Origin: Octopus vulgaris
Lineage: Eukaryota
DNA length: 64,000 nucleotides
Direction: 5' to 3'
Assembly (NCBI GenBank): GCA_951406725.2
Contig: OX597833.1
Span: 50,282,001 to 50,346,000 of the forward strand
The translations under genes were made by a program, and so were the position numbers. The notes beneath the pieces were generated by a model. The model was not told the origin of the DNA. It saw only the letters and a program-made list of their open reading frames with translations, and did not search any database. Positions 13,961 through 28,796 of this stretch are shown piece after piece. Within the stretch, counting starts at the first letter, position 1; every line of letters begins with the position of its first letter.

Positions 13961-15401
13961 ATGTTCCTTTTTTTGTCTTGTTTTGTTTTGTTTTAAGTTT
14001 TCTATGCGGCCAAGGGGCCGGCAAATAGTCACGAGGTGTCTTTCTGACTGTTCTGGCTCCAGACTTTTGGGGCCCAATATACCTGTTGAATCACATCCCT
14101 CTTATAAGACCTGTCCCTGCAAACTTAATAACAAGACACACGGGATCATAAGCTATTATGTCCCTGCTCATAGGAAATACGGTCATGAATGGAATCCCTT
14201 CGATTATTTATTTGCTCGATTAGGGATTATATGAGCCTAACGCAACAGAACAACAACGACGAGCATCGCAAACTAGAGAACCTCTCTGGGGTCGTTGGAT
14301 CTGCTAAAAGCAACAGTCAAATCACCATTCACTTTCAAGAAAAAAAATGTTGAGAAATTATTGTGAGTTAATTAAATACTTGATGATCATGGCGGGAACA
14401 CATTTGATCATAGGTGTGCGCAATCAGATTTAAATGGGTGGGTGGGTGGGGTCGGTGGGGTGATGGGTGGGGTGCTAAGCAACATCAATAACAAATCTCA
14501 AAACAGCTCCTACCGGATGTTTTTTCAATGTTCTTATGACCGTGTCACTTGTTGTAGTGTCCCTGATGTCATCTCTGAATGAGATGTCATCTGTTTGTGA
14601 TATAATTATGACAGCTACTACAATAACTATCACGACGACGGCGGAGGCGGCAACAACAACTACATCATCAATAACAAACATCTGTTTCGATCCCTATGAA
14701 ACGGGATTGCAGCCAAAGTGCATAAACGGGAATCTGTGGCAGTTATATCCAGAAGTATAGTTCAAATAAATCAAAAAACACTAAACTGGCAATATGACCA
14801 TTCCTAAATACAACAATATCTGTTTCAACACACAATTTCACATCAAAAATCTTGCAAAACAAATATATAAACGTAATCAAAAAACACTGTTTTCGATCTT
14901 ACTTATTCATTCGTTAAGCGACGTCTTTAATAAACTTGTATCGGTCAGCTAACTTCGAAAAAAGTCTCTCAATTACCTTCTTTTGCTTACTCGACTCGCC
15001 TTGTCTGTCTATCTTAGTCTGTGCATATTTGTATTGTGTAACGTGCATATGTAAGTATACACAGACATACATATACGCACACACACATATATATATACAC
15101 ACATATACTATATACACACATATATATATACACACATATATACATATATACATATAAACGTATATATACATATTAACGTATATATACATATAAACATATA
15201 TACACACATACATATAAACTTATATATACATATATTTATATATTATAATGTTAATAGTGATTGCATGTGTATCTATATATATATATATTTATGAACAATA
15301 ATAGTGATAATAATAATTGTGTGTGTTTGTATACACACACACACACATATATATATATATTTATATACAATAATAATGATAACAATAATTGTGTGTGTAT
15401 G

Positions 15402-15446
<45 letters not shown>

Positions 15447-15714
15447 GTCGTTGTTGCCGGCCGGCGTTTCATCGTGTGTCCGATAATATATTTAGCTCTT
15501 TCTTGACTGCTTCTCCCTCTCTGCCCGCGTTTATGCCTCTGATGACAAATGAGGCCGATCCGATTCTTACATGGAAGCGTCTATTGCAAAGTCCACAAGG
15601 GATCCGTGGCGGAGGCTTTGGTTGTTGGTTGTAAAACGTTATAGTAAATGAACGGAAAACAGACGCAGAAGGTCACCAACTTCTCATCAGTTATTGGCCA
15701 AACGCAATTTCTCG

Positions 15715-15773
<59 letters not shown>

Positions 15774-16295
15774 TGGTATGCGAGATGGTTCAACAAAGTA
15801 ACGAACGACGTGCATTGGACGTTCGACTCAATTGGAGTTACAATTTAAAACGCATGAAAGACTCGACTAGATTTGAACGCAAATTTGCAATCTAAATTGT
15901 GATATCCGACCGACCGAACCGGAGTTAAGCATAAATCATCTGCAACTTGAAATACATACACGATTCGGCTAGAGTTTAAAAGAACTTTGACAATATGAAA
16001 TGCACACATGAGTGGAGATAAGACATCTTTATAACCACAAAAATGTATACCCCACTCTCAGCTGCAGTTAAGCACAAATCTACCAACTTGTAAGATACAT
16101 TCAACTTCTCTGGAACTATGCATAACTTTGATAATCTGAAATACACGCACAGGTGTGGCTGTGTGATAAGAAGCTTGCTTCCCAACCACATGGTTCAGAG
16201 TTCAGTCCCACTGCGTGGCACCTTAGGTAAGTGTCTTCTACTATAGCCCATATATATATATATCCGTTGTCGATGTCGACCGGCGTTTATCAAGT

Positions 16296-17696
16296 GATCC
16301 CCAAAAGACTAGATGGTCACAAATGGATGGTCACAACGGGAATATCTTTTGCTTTTAATCGACCGACTCGGAGAGAGTTAGCTTGAGATTAAAACATTAT
16401 CCATTATGACCTTCCGTTTTTTAAGGTGTCAGGGAATGGTTTGAGGGAGATTTGGTCGCTATTTCTAGAACTAACTCTAACCTCTGACCTGAGGTTAGAG
16501 TTAGTTCCACGTGCATTCACAACCCAATAACACCACAATTATAAACACAACCTCAACAACAACGACCACATGCGCACACGCACACAACTACACCAGGACA
16601 ACAACATCAATAACAACCACAACAGCAACCACAGTGGAGGCGCAATGGCCCAATGGTTAGGGCAGCGGACCCGCGGTCGGAGGATCGCGGTTTTGATTCC
16701 CAGATCGGGCGTTGTGTGTTTATTGAGCGAAAACACCTAAAGCTCCACGAGGTTCCGGCAGGGGGTGGTGGCGACCCCTGTTGCACTCTTTTGCTCCAAC
16801 TTTCTCTCACTCTTTCTTCCTGTTTCTTATCCCCGGCTTCCTAAGCAACCGCTGAGCCTGGATGCGTATTCATCCATCCGTCGATGCTCTCGGTGTCGGG
16901 GGTTGACCTGCTTTCTCTTCTGCGGGCCTTACGAATAGCAAAGGACCACATTTCGGACTTCTCCCACTGGGACGAAGACCGCTTTGCTCAACAAACAGCA
17001 ACCACAACATTTATACTCACAGCAGGATTAGTCACATCAAACCAAACCACAATCATAATAGTAACCGCTTACGAGAGCGTTCACAACAACGATGATAGCC
17101 ACAACCGCGAACATCACAACTACAATAATAATGACACTTGTAAACAACATTTCCAACCAGAACAGAGCAACGATACCCACAACAATAACTCTAACTGTAA
17201 CAATCACACTCACAACAACAAAGACACCACAAACAACAGTTGTAATACAACTTGGACTCCCAAAAGAAACACAACTAGCGCAGACAGCAACACCGATATT
17301 CACAACTCAGTCGCAACTACCACAAACAATGAGACTAATATTTACAACGCAGTCAGTCTCACAACAGCTACAGTGACCACCAACAACGATCGCAACGCAA
17401 TCAAACTTACAACAACTACAGACAACACCGATATTCAAAACAACTCAATCAGACTCACAACACAACCACAACTCCTTCACAACTACGACAACAATTACTG
17501 TCATTACAACAATAATTTAGTAACAGTTAAAACAAGCGCAACAATAAGGTGTCACTACACGGCCACCTTACCTTCTAGAAATAGCAACCAAATCTCCCTT
17601 AAACCATTCCGTGACACCTTCGAGTAGGTCGATTAAAAACAAAATATATTCCCGTTGTGACCATCCACTTGTGACCACCTAGTCTTTTAGGGATCA
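16296..17696. repeat. Inverted repeat pair (16296-16470 and 17573-17696)
   Basis: GATCCCCAAAAGACTAGATGGTCACAAATGGATGGTCACAACGGGAATAT...AATCGACC and AGGTGTCAGGGAATGGTTTGAGGGAGATTTGG.GCTATTTCTAGAA both recur as reverse complements. Confidence 0.85.
16634..16995 (+). mobile_element. tRNA-derived SINE (family C, probably tRNA-Arg-related, similar to octopus OR-type SINEs)
   Basis: GGAGGCGCAATGGCCCAATGGTTAGGGCAGCGGAC...GATTCCC head; head and middle shared with 57075-57383. Confidence 0.75.
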
Positions 17697-18023
17697 GGGA
17701 GGGGCTACATTATTTAAAGTGCTGCGTCCTTGTTTAAGAATAGGCACTGTCGTTTGAGGGAGACTTGGCTTTTATTTCTAACAGATCGAATGATCACGTA
17801 GAAGATCCCACTGTAGATTTGGATGGAATGTTTGAATAAAAGACGTGATGGTCATAGCTGGGACGGCTTTGACTAATGAATCAGCTGGATCAGTGTTGAC
17901 TTGGGACAATGCAACAAATACAATAATAAATCCAGTTGTTAACTACAACAAGACCAACAACAACATTTAAAGCACAAGAACGATCACACTACACGTTCGA
18001 AACAGGAATGGGCGCAGCAGACT

Positions 18024-18406
18024 TCTTTTACTTGTTTCAGTCATTTCACTGTGGTCATGCTGGAGCACCGCCTTTAGTCGAGCAAATCGACCCCAGGACT
18101 TACTCTTTGTAAGCCTAGTATTTATTCTATCGGACTCTTTTGCCGAACCGCTACGTTACAGGGACGTTAAACACACCAGCGTCGGTTGTCAAGTGATGGT
18201 GGGGAGGACAAACATAGATACACACACACATATATATATATACATACGACGAGCTTCTTTCAGTTTCCGTCTATCAAATCCACTCACAAGGCTTTGGTCG
18301 GCTCGAGGATATAGAAGACTCTTGCCCAAGGTGTCACGCAGTTGAATTGAACCCGGAACCTTGTGGTTGGGAAGCAAACTTTTTACCACACAACTACGCC
18401 TGCACC
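18024..18406 (-). mobile_element. SINE family A, full length
   Basis: Complete match on the minus strand. Confidence 0.9.
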
Positions 18407-18787
18407 TATCGAAACAACAATAATTACTATAAACAACCGAAAGAAAACTAAGTTTTTATTTAAGCATAAGACCAAGAATTTTGAGGGGAGGGGTCAGTGG
18501 ATACCACCGATTGCAATATTTGAATGATACCTGTATTATCGACTTCGGAGGGATGAAAAGAAAAAGCTGACCCCCGTGGTATGATTTAAACACAGAACGT
18601 AAAGAGCCGGTACAAAACAGCAAATCATTTTTTTTTTTGTTCAGATGCTCTAACGCTTCTACCTGTTCCGAAGCACAAGAATGGTCAAGGTATACCAGGT
18701 GAAACAGCGCAAATATTACCACAAGATAGCCGCAGTACATGTATAATTACAAAGAGAACCCGAAACAATATGAAGGGCCATCACATA

Positions 18788-18921
18788 CAGGTGTGGACCC
18801 AAGGGGATACTGAAGGGCACGTGCGCATTTCTAAACAATGTTATTATGCCATTTTCTCCTGGAATTGTATTCCCTTCTGACCTTGTGCCCACCCTTCGAA
18901 AAATTCCTGGGACAGCACCTG
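18788..18921. mobile_element. Possible short MITE
   Basis: Imperfect TIRs CAGGTGTGGACCCAAGG and CCTGGGACAGCACCTG; ACATA flanks both sides. Confidence 0.4.
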
Positions 18922-19069
18922 ACATAACTGATCAACAAACAAGAATCACAACAAAAACCACCCGAAACCAGAATGGTCACAAATAAACAAAAGGGTGACC
19001 ATAAATAAGCAGCCGGACCACAAGAATTACCCCAAATATCTGCAATGCAAGAACGACTATAATACAAAG

Positions 19070-19925
19070 CCGAAACACAAGAGTGACCGCTCTACATACT
19101 AGTAACACAAAGTGACCACACTATATATACCCCAACACAAATGTGACTGCACTATACAGTCGAAACACGAAAGTGACTTCACTACACATCCGAACATTTA
19201 GATGTGATCACACTCTGCAACCCGAAACACAAATGTGACTATACTATATATTCAAGACACAAGTGCAAGCACACTGTATACCTGAAACACAAATGTGAGC
19301 TCACTATACACCCGAAACACAAAAATGACCTACTATATACCCGGAATATAGATGTCAGTACACAATACATCCGAATCAGAAAAGTGATTCCACTATATAC
19401 CCGAAACACAAATGTAAGCACATTATAAACCCGAGACACAAAAGTGATTTCACTATACAGCCGACACATAGATGAGTACACAATATACCCGAAATATAAA
19501 TGTGAGTGCATCATATATATACTCGAAATGCAGAAGTGATTTCACTATGTACCCGAAACACAAACTTGACCCACCTATACACGCAAAATATAAATAAATG
19601 TAGTACATCATACACCCGAAATGCAGAAGTGATTTCACTATATACCCGAAATGCAAAAGTGATTTTTCTATATACCCGAAACACAAACGTGGTCTACTAC
19701 ATACCCGAAACATAAATGTGAGTACACCATACACCCGAAATACAAAAGCGATTCTAATATACATCCAAAACAAAAACGTGACCCATCAAACACCCGAAAC
19801 ATAAATGTGAATGCGTTATACACCCAAGGCATAAAAATGAATTCACTATACAACCGAAACATAAAGGGACCACACTTTACACCCGACACAGAAAACGGAC
19901 CAGAAATAAGCAACCGAAATGGAAA
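19070..19925. repeat. 30-bp minisatellite, about 28 diverged units (consensus approx. CCCGAAACACAAATGTGANNNCACTATATA)
   Basis: Exact 30-bp period, e.g. unit starts at 19221, 19251, 19281, 19311. Confidence 0.9.
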
Positions 19926-20424
19926 TAGCAAGAAGGATCACTAAGAAGGAACACATGGGGAAAAAAAATTAACACCTGGGAAGAAACGAATGAACAACTG
20001 GGAGGAAAAGAGCGACCATAGTACTCGGAAGCAGAATAATCGCAAGAAATAAGCCGGCACTCTCTTAAGAATGACCGCACTAAACAGCTGACACAGCAAC
20101 AGTGACCAAGAAAATAAACAGTGGAAGCCACAACAGAGACACGAGACAACGTGCAGTTCCTGACATAGCTTGGATATATTTCACGTATGAATCTCTCTCA
20201 CTTTCTCTCTCTCTCTCTCTCCAAACAGTCACACGGCCTCAATAAACAAACAATAACGACCACAGCGGCGACAACAACAACAACACTAAAAACACCGATC
20301 AACGACGGAGCTTCTACGCGGTCACTTACGCGACCTGCTGAAAAAAATAGCAGCTTCAAATCACATACACACACCTACTGTTTTAGGGTATACATCATGT
20401 GCGATATATATATATATATATATA

Positions 20425-20843
20425 TCTTTTACTCTTTTACTTGTTTCAGTCATTTGACTGTGGCCATGCTAGAGCATCACCTTTAGTCGAGCAAATCGAT
20501 TCCCAGGACTTATTCTTTTGTAAACCTAGTACTTATTCTATCGGTCTCTTTTGCCGAGCCGCTAAGTTACGGGTACGTAAACACACCAGCATCGGTTGTC
20601 AAGCGACGTTGGGGGGACAAACACAAACACACAAACATATACACACACATATATATATATATATACATGTATACATATACACGACGGGCTTCTTTCAGTT
20701 CCGTCTACCAAATCCACTCACAAGGCTTTGGTCGACCCGAGGCTATAGTAGAAGACACTTGCCCAAGGTGCCACGCAGTGGGACTGAACCCGGAACCATG
20801 TGGTTGGCAAAAAAAGCTACTTACCACACAGCCACTCTACGCC
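20425..20843 (-). mobile_element. SINE family A, full length
   Basis: Complete match on the minus strand. Confidence 0.9.
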
Positions 20844-20863
20844 TATATATATATATATATATC

Positions 20864-21006
20864 CCGAAGTCGACTTTGCCTTTCATCCTTTCGGGGTCGA
20901 TAAATAAAGTACAGTTACACACTGGGGTCGATGTAATCGACTTAATCCGTTTGTCTGTCCTTGTTTGTCTCCTCTATGTTTAACCCACTGTGGGCAATAA
21001 AGAAAT
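20864..21006 (+). mobile_element. SINE family B, 5'-truncated
   Basis: Meta core plus CCCACTGTGGGCAATAAAGAAATA tail. Confidence 0.85.
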
Positions 21007-21697
21007 ATATATATATATATGCATATATATATACATATATATATACAGAGAGAGAGAGGGAGAGAGACGCTAGTTCGATCCTGGTCTCGACTCGGTGTTA
21101 AACAATAACATAAGTAATAACAGCAACAACGAAATGTGTTTGTGATTATTCCCGTGTCTGAGTTCGCTTGGTGTGTTTTTAAAACTGTCACTGTTCTGGT
21201 GACAGCCACGACAATAACAACGCTCTTATGACCTCAATGGTCATAATAACTATTTATAACTATAACCTCGGACAGACACCATTAACCACAAGGGAGTCTG
21301 TACATGGCTCGTTCCACATGCTAGAAATAACAGCCAAGTTGCCCTCCACCAATACATCGACTTTAATTCACACCGTACCGTATTTGTTACAAAAGAAAAC
21401 AAAATATATTAAATGAAAAATAAAATGACAAAATAAAATAAGATAATCAGCGAGGTTGTCACGGGTGGAATATCATTCATTAATCGTAAACCCTTTTCTC
21501 TCAGACAGAACTGACCTGTAGCTGAACAATAACAAAAGAGCAACAACAGGAAAACACAACAATAATAATAATAAGCGAACGAAAAAAAAACCCCGACCGC
21601 AGCATAGCCAACCAGGCAACCACCGCGATAAGAACATTATTTATAAAGTGTAACAACTATCAAGTGACGAGGACCAAAAACTGTGGATTTTACTCAC

Positions 21698-21794
21698 AGG
21701 TTTGCGTTCGTTTGGCGTGTGTGTCCATCGACAACCAGGTAAAAATCCATAGAAAACAGCCGTAGCGTAATATCCAGTCCGAAAGGCACGCCAT
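21698..21794 (-). CDS. Putative first coding exon of a host gene: signal-peptide-like N-terminus MACLSDWILRYGCFLWIFTWLSMDTHAKRTQT, followed by a phase-1 intron
   Basis: Non-repetitive island; ACT-ATG-G Kozak context with in-frame TAA TGA just upstream; hydrophobic stretch ending THA|KR; consensus donor T|GTGAGTA at 21697-21691. No downstream exon identified in the window. Confidence 0.6.
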
Positions 21795-21845
21795 AGTGTC
21801 TCGCTCTCATTAGAACTGCCTGCATGGATTCCGGCGGTACTCCAT

Positions 21846-23490
<1,645 letters not shown>

Positions 23491-23499
23491 CATATATAC

Positions 23500-23570
<71 letters not shown>

Positions 23571-23767
23571 CGAAACAGGGGCAGCTGATGAAGGGGAATA
23601 TTCCTTGTATTGTTTGTCTTGTACTCTGTTTTTTTCGTTGTTAAAAAAAAAGAAGTCCGTTTCCTTGTTTGATTTTATGTTTTCGTTTCTCGTTGTGTTC
23701 TACGTTTATTTGTGGTGTCCTGTACTCATATATGCATGTATATATACATATAGATGTAGGTATGTAC

Positions 23768-23800
<33 letters not shown>

Positions 23801-23843
23801 TGTATGTATGTATGTATGCATATGCTTTATCTATTAAATTGTT

Positions 23844-23904
<61 letters not shown>

Positions 23905-24261
23905 ATATATATGTATATATGTATATATGTGGTTGTTATTGGTTCTGTATTATTTCAGTATTATTGTGTTCGAGTGTGATGTGATGTTATCGTTGTGTCT
24001 CTTATCATGCATCTATGTGTGTGTATGTGATATAAATGTGTGTGTGTGTGTGTGTGTGTGTTTGTTATATCATTGCTATATATATATATATATATACGTT
24101 TGTGTGTATGCGTACGTGCGTCTGATGTTATCATTTTGTGTGCGTGTGGTATTGGTGTATGTGTGTATTATGCTATTGCTATGTATGTCTGTATGCATGT
24201 GATGTTATCAATGTATATTTGTGTAATATTATCGATATGCATAATGTTATCATTCTCACTC

Positions 24262-24301
<40 letters not shown>

Positions 24302-24357
24302 ATTATTATTATTATTATTAATTATTATTATTATTATTATAATTATTATTATTATTA

Positions 24358-24394
<37 letters not shown>

Positions 24395-24495
24395 ATTATT
24401 GTTATTAATTATTATTATTATTATTATTGTTATCATTATAATTTATTGTTATTATTATTATTAATTATTATTGTTATTATTATTATTATTATTAT
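24262..24495. repeat. (TTA)n trinucleotide satellite
   Basis: Directly visible. Confidence 0.95.
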
Positions 24496-25089
24496 GGGTG
24501 GGAATTTCTATTGTTTAATTGTTTTATTAATAGTTTTTATTACTTATTGTATACACGTTAATGTTCAACACTCCATTTTTCCCCCTTGCATGGTCCCTAT
24601 GTGTTTTACGTTCGATCCTTATAACCATTAAAAAAAAAATCATTATCATAATGGGTGAGTATGTGATATATCAATGTATATATATATGTACGCCTTTTTA
24701 TAATATCACTATGCAGTCTCTGCTTATGTGAATACGTGATATTATAAAGCTATCTTTATTTACTATCAACGCGTGTGTACGAGCTTATTATTATCGTGTA
24801 TAACGTTTGATATTTACTTATTTACCTGTCCACGTACGTATATATTGGAGCTTTTGACTTTAACTCTTATTAATTCCTATTATAATTACTATTAACTCTT
24901 ATTATAATTACTGTTATTTCTGCTTTTCTTAGTTACGTGTCGGTTTTCCCTGTCTGTGTGTGAGAGCTTGTATTCGGCCGTCTCTATAACATTAATGTAT
25001 ATGAAGGTATTTTCCCAGCGTGGTTTTCAACGATTGAACATAGAATATTTTATAGTATGTATCTACGTGAATGGGAAAATGCTTTTCTT

Positions 25090-25635
25090 GCGCTGGAATG
25101 GCTGTGTGGTAAGTAGCTTGCTTACCAGCCACATGGTTCTGGGTTCAGTCCCACTGCGTGGCACCTTGGGTAATTGTCTTCTACTATAGCCCCGGGCCGA
25201 CCAAAGCCTTGTGAGTGGATTTGGTAGACGAAACTGAAAGAAGCCTGTCGTATACATGTTTATATATATAGCGGTTCGGCAAAAAGAGCCCGATAGAATA
25301 AGTACTGAGCTTACAAAGAATAAGTCCCGGGGTCGATTTGCTCGACTAAAGGCGGTGCTCCAGCATGGCCGCAGTCAAATGACTGAAACAAGTGAAAGAA
25401 ATGAAAGAAAGAATATATATATATATATGCGTGTGTGTTTGTCCCCGTAGAATTGTTTGACAACCGCTGCTGGTGTGTTTACGTCCCCGTCACTTAGCGG
25501 TTCGGCAAAAGTGACCGATAGAATAAGTACTGGGTTTACAAAAGAATAAGTCCCGGGGGTCGAGTTGCTCGATTAAAGGCGGTGCTCTAGCATGGCCACA
25601 GTCAAATGACTGAAACAAGTAAAAGAGTAAAAGAG
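25090..25635 (+). mobile_element. SINE family A with a duplicated 3' module
   Basis: One head followed by two 3' modules. Confidence 0.88.
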
Positions 25636-25727
25636 AACGAGCCCAAGGAAATCTTGATCAGGTAGAACGATAATCAAAGGACATCTTGACTATTAACATA
25701 GGTGCAGCTGTATGGTTAAGAAATTAA

Positions 25728-26068
25728 GGCGCGTGGTTTATTGCGTTAGGGTGTTCGACTCACAGTCGTAAGTTCGAAAGTTCGATTCCTGGCGGCGCTC
25801 TGTTTTCTTCAGCAAGACATTTTATGCATATCAAGTTACTCCACTCCACTTCTCTCAGGTGGCAAGAATAAGCTGTAGCTGTAATTGTCCACAGCATTGT
25901 GTTATATTCTCTGTCACGCTGAATCTCCCTGAGAACTACGTTAAAGTTTATACGTGTCTGCGGAGTACTCAGCCACTTGCAAGTTAATTTCACGAGATGT
26001 CTGTTCTGTTGATCGGATCAACTGGAACGCTCATCGTCGTCGTCGTCGTCGTAACCGACGGAGTGCCA
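25728..26068 (+). mobile_element. tRNA-derived SINE (family E), near full length
   Basis: GGCGCGTGG...GTTAGGGTGTTCGAC...GTTCGATTCC head; 3' end GTCGTAACCGACGGAGTGCCA is homologous to 6270-6575. Confidence 0.75.
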
Positions 26069-26069
26069 G

Positions 26070-27476
26070 AATAACGGTTAAGAAGCACGCTTGGGAACCC
26101 CCGTCGTTCCGAGTTCGTTTCCACTGCGCGGCACCTGGGACAAGTGTTTTTTACACCAGAACTTCCTATTTCTTGAAAGTATATTCAGTAGATGGAGACT
26201 GTGCGGAACCCCGCAGTATGTGTGTGTACAAACACACACACACACTCATATATATGTGTGTGTACTTGACAACCGTTGTTTGTTTGTTTATGTCACTGTA
26301 ATAAACGGTTCAGCAAAAAGTAAACCTGTACTTGACAACCATTGTTGATTTGTTTATGTCCCTATAATAAAGGGGTCAACAAAAATTAAAAAAAAAAACA
26401 ACTGAAAAAGTACCAGACTTAGAAATTTCATTGACTATACTCTTTCAGATTGTGCTCCAGCAAGGCCGCAGTCAAATGACTAAAGCACCTTAAAGAATAA
26501 AAGAAATCTCCAGGCCATCTTTCTGTTCTCCGGATTTGCTAAGTGTTTCTTTGTGTAAACAGTAAGGAGATTTAGCTGCTATTTCTAACAGGTCGAGCGA
26601 TCCCTGACGGCTAACGCTTTTCAATGCGTATTGCGTGTGTGTATTTTTGCGTGCGTCTTTCTGTATGTGTACGTGTGTGTGTACGTGTGTGTGTGTGTGA
26701 TTCTTTATTCTTTTATTCTTTTACTTATTTTTCAGTCTGATGACTGCGGCCCTGCTGGAGCATCGCATTGAAGAGGCATAGTCGAACAAATCGATTCCAG
26801 GGGCATTTTTTTCTTTTTTGAGTCTAGTACTTAGTATATCATTCTCTTTTGCTGAACCGCTAAGTTACGGGGTCGTAAACACACCAACACCGGTTGCCAA
26901 GCGGCATGGGAAGACAAACACACAATGACACACACATAGATACATACATACGGGCTTCTTTCAGTTTCCATCTACCAAATCCACTCACAAGGCTTTTGGT
27001 CGACCCGAGGCTATAGTAGATACTTGCCCAAGGTGCCACACAGTGGGACTGAACCCAGAACCATGCAGTTGGCAACCAAGCTTCTTACCACACGACCACG
27101 CCTGTACCTTTGTATGTCTTCATTTCTTTTAACTCATGTCACTCATTTGACTGCGGCCATGCTGGAGTACCGCCTTGACCGATTTTAGTTGAACAAATCC
27201 ACCCTAGAAGTTATATTTTTCAAAGCCTGTTACGTTACGGGGACGTAAACACCCCGATACCGGTTGTCAAGCGGTTATGGTGGGGACAAGCACACACACA
27301 CGCTCACACATATGTGACAGGCTTCTTTCAGTTTCCACCTACAAAATCCACTCACAAGGCTTTGGTTGGCCTGAGGCTATACTAGAAGACACTTGCCTAA
27401 GGTGCCATGCAGTGGGATTGAACGCGGAACCATGTGATTGGGAAGAAAGCTTCTTACCACGCAGCCACGCCTGCGT
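26070..27476. mobile_element. Cluster of three diverged family A SINEs (+ 26070-26484; - 26702-27108; - 27125-27476)
   Basis: Recognisable head, body and tail motifs. Confidence 0.8.
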
Positions 27477-28010
27477 CTATAAATATTTAATTGCGTGTGT
27501 GTGTGCGCGCCCGTCTATATGTGAGTGTGTGTGCGTGCGTGTGTGTGTGTATGTGTGTGTGTGTTTGTGTGTGTGCGTGTGTGTGTGTGCGTGTGTGTAT
27601 GTGTGTGTTTAGTTTTTAATCTAAGTTTGCATGTCTGCATTTGTGAATGTTTTCAGTCTATGTGTACGTGTGTGTGTTCTTCGTGTGTGTATACTTCTGT
27701 GTGTGTTTTCGGTCTATGGATGTGTTGTGTGTATGTATGTATGTTCATATCCAAGTATTTGTGTATTTGCGTGTGTGTGTAAGTGTGTGTGTGTTTGTAT
27801 CATTTTTCAGGGTTTTTTTTTTACATTCTGTGTGCTTTTAATATTTCATCATTTGCGTGTGGCTTCGGTTCGTGAGTCGTCCGTTCGTGTGCATTCGTGC
27901 TAGTGTGTATATACGCATTCATATACACGTTTGTATACGCTCATGTATGTGTTTGTTTGTTTTTATCAATCCGTCGGCGCGTTCACTCACACGTGCGCGC
28001 ACACACCTAC

Positions 28011-28062
<52 letters not shown>

Positions 28063-28183
28063 TCTCACTCACTCGCTCACTCACACACTCTATCTCTCAC
28101 TCACTCACTCACTCACTCACACTCACTCACTTTCTCTCACTCACTCTCACTCACTCACTCTCTCTCACTCACTCACTCACTCT

Positions 28184-28215
<32 letters not shown>

Positions 28216-28796
28216 GTCTTTTACTTTTTATGTACGTGTATATACATGTATGTGTTTGGGTGTATCTGTGTATGAGCGTGTGAGTGTGATTGTATATGTG
28301 TGTGTCTGTGTGTGTGTGTGTGTGTCCATTCACCTGCATTCACCTGTGTGTTTTTGTCCGGAGAAGAAGTACACACGAATGTTCGTTACTACTTTGCCTA
28401 TATTATTATTATTATCTTTATAGGAATTGATGTGATCTATGAGTCTATCTGTTTGTCAATAGAATTTTTTTTTTCTTATCTTCATCTAATTAATTTCTGC
28501 CGGTAAAACATTGTTTTCGTCTGAAAAAAACAATGTTTTATCATTTTTTTTTCTACCTTTCTCATTTTGTGTACCAATTACTTTAAAATTTATTAACGAG
28601 TCTCAATTTTATTATTATCTTTCTTTTTTCATTTAGGTGTCTCGACTTAGGTATTTGTCCTCGACTGAAAATATCTTTCTCTTGCTGTTGTTCGTTGTTT
28701 AGCCTCAGGTAAAACAATGACCGAATGAAAATCGAATGGACTTACAACCAAAGACATTCCAGCTGTGACCCCATACTCTAATTTTATATATACCTA

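Noticed and set aside
16884-17627. 247-aa Thr/Asn-rich mucin-like ORF
   Set aside because: It starts inside a SINE and ends in a dispersed repeat; CAA-rich low complexity suppresses stop codons
19070-19925. CRISPR-like regular array (also 12540-13090)
   Set aside because: There are no unique spacers and no cas genes, the units are diverged, and the context is eukaryotic
23571-23610. Hammerhead from CGAAAC...CTGATGA
   Set aside because: Only 8 nt separate the boxes, there is no NUH or stem III, and no GAAA follows the downstream stem
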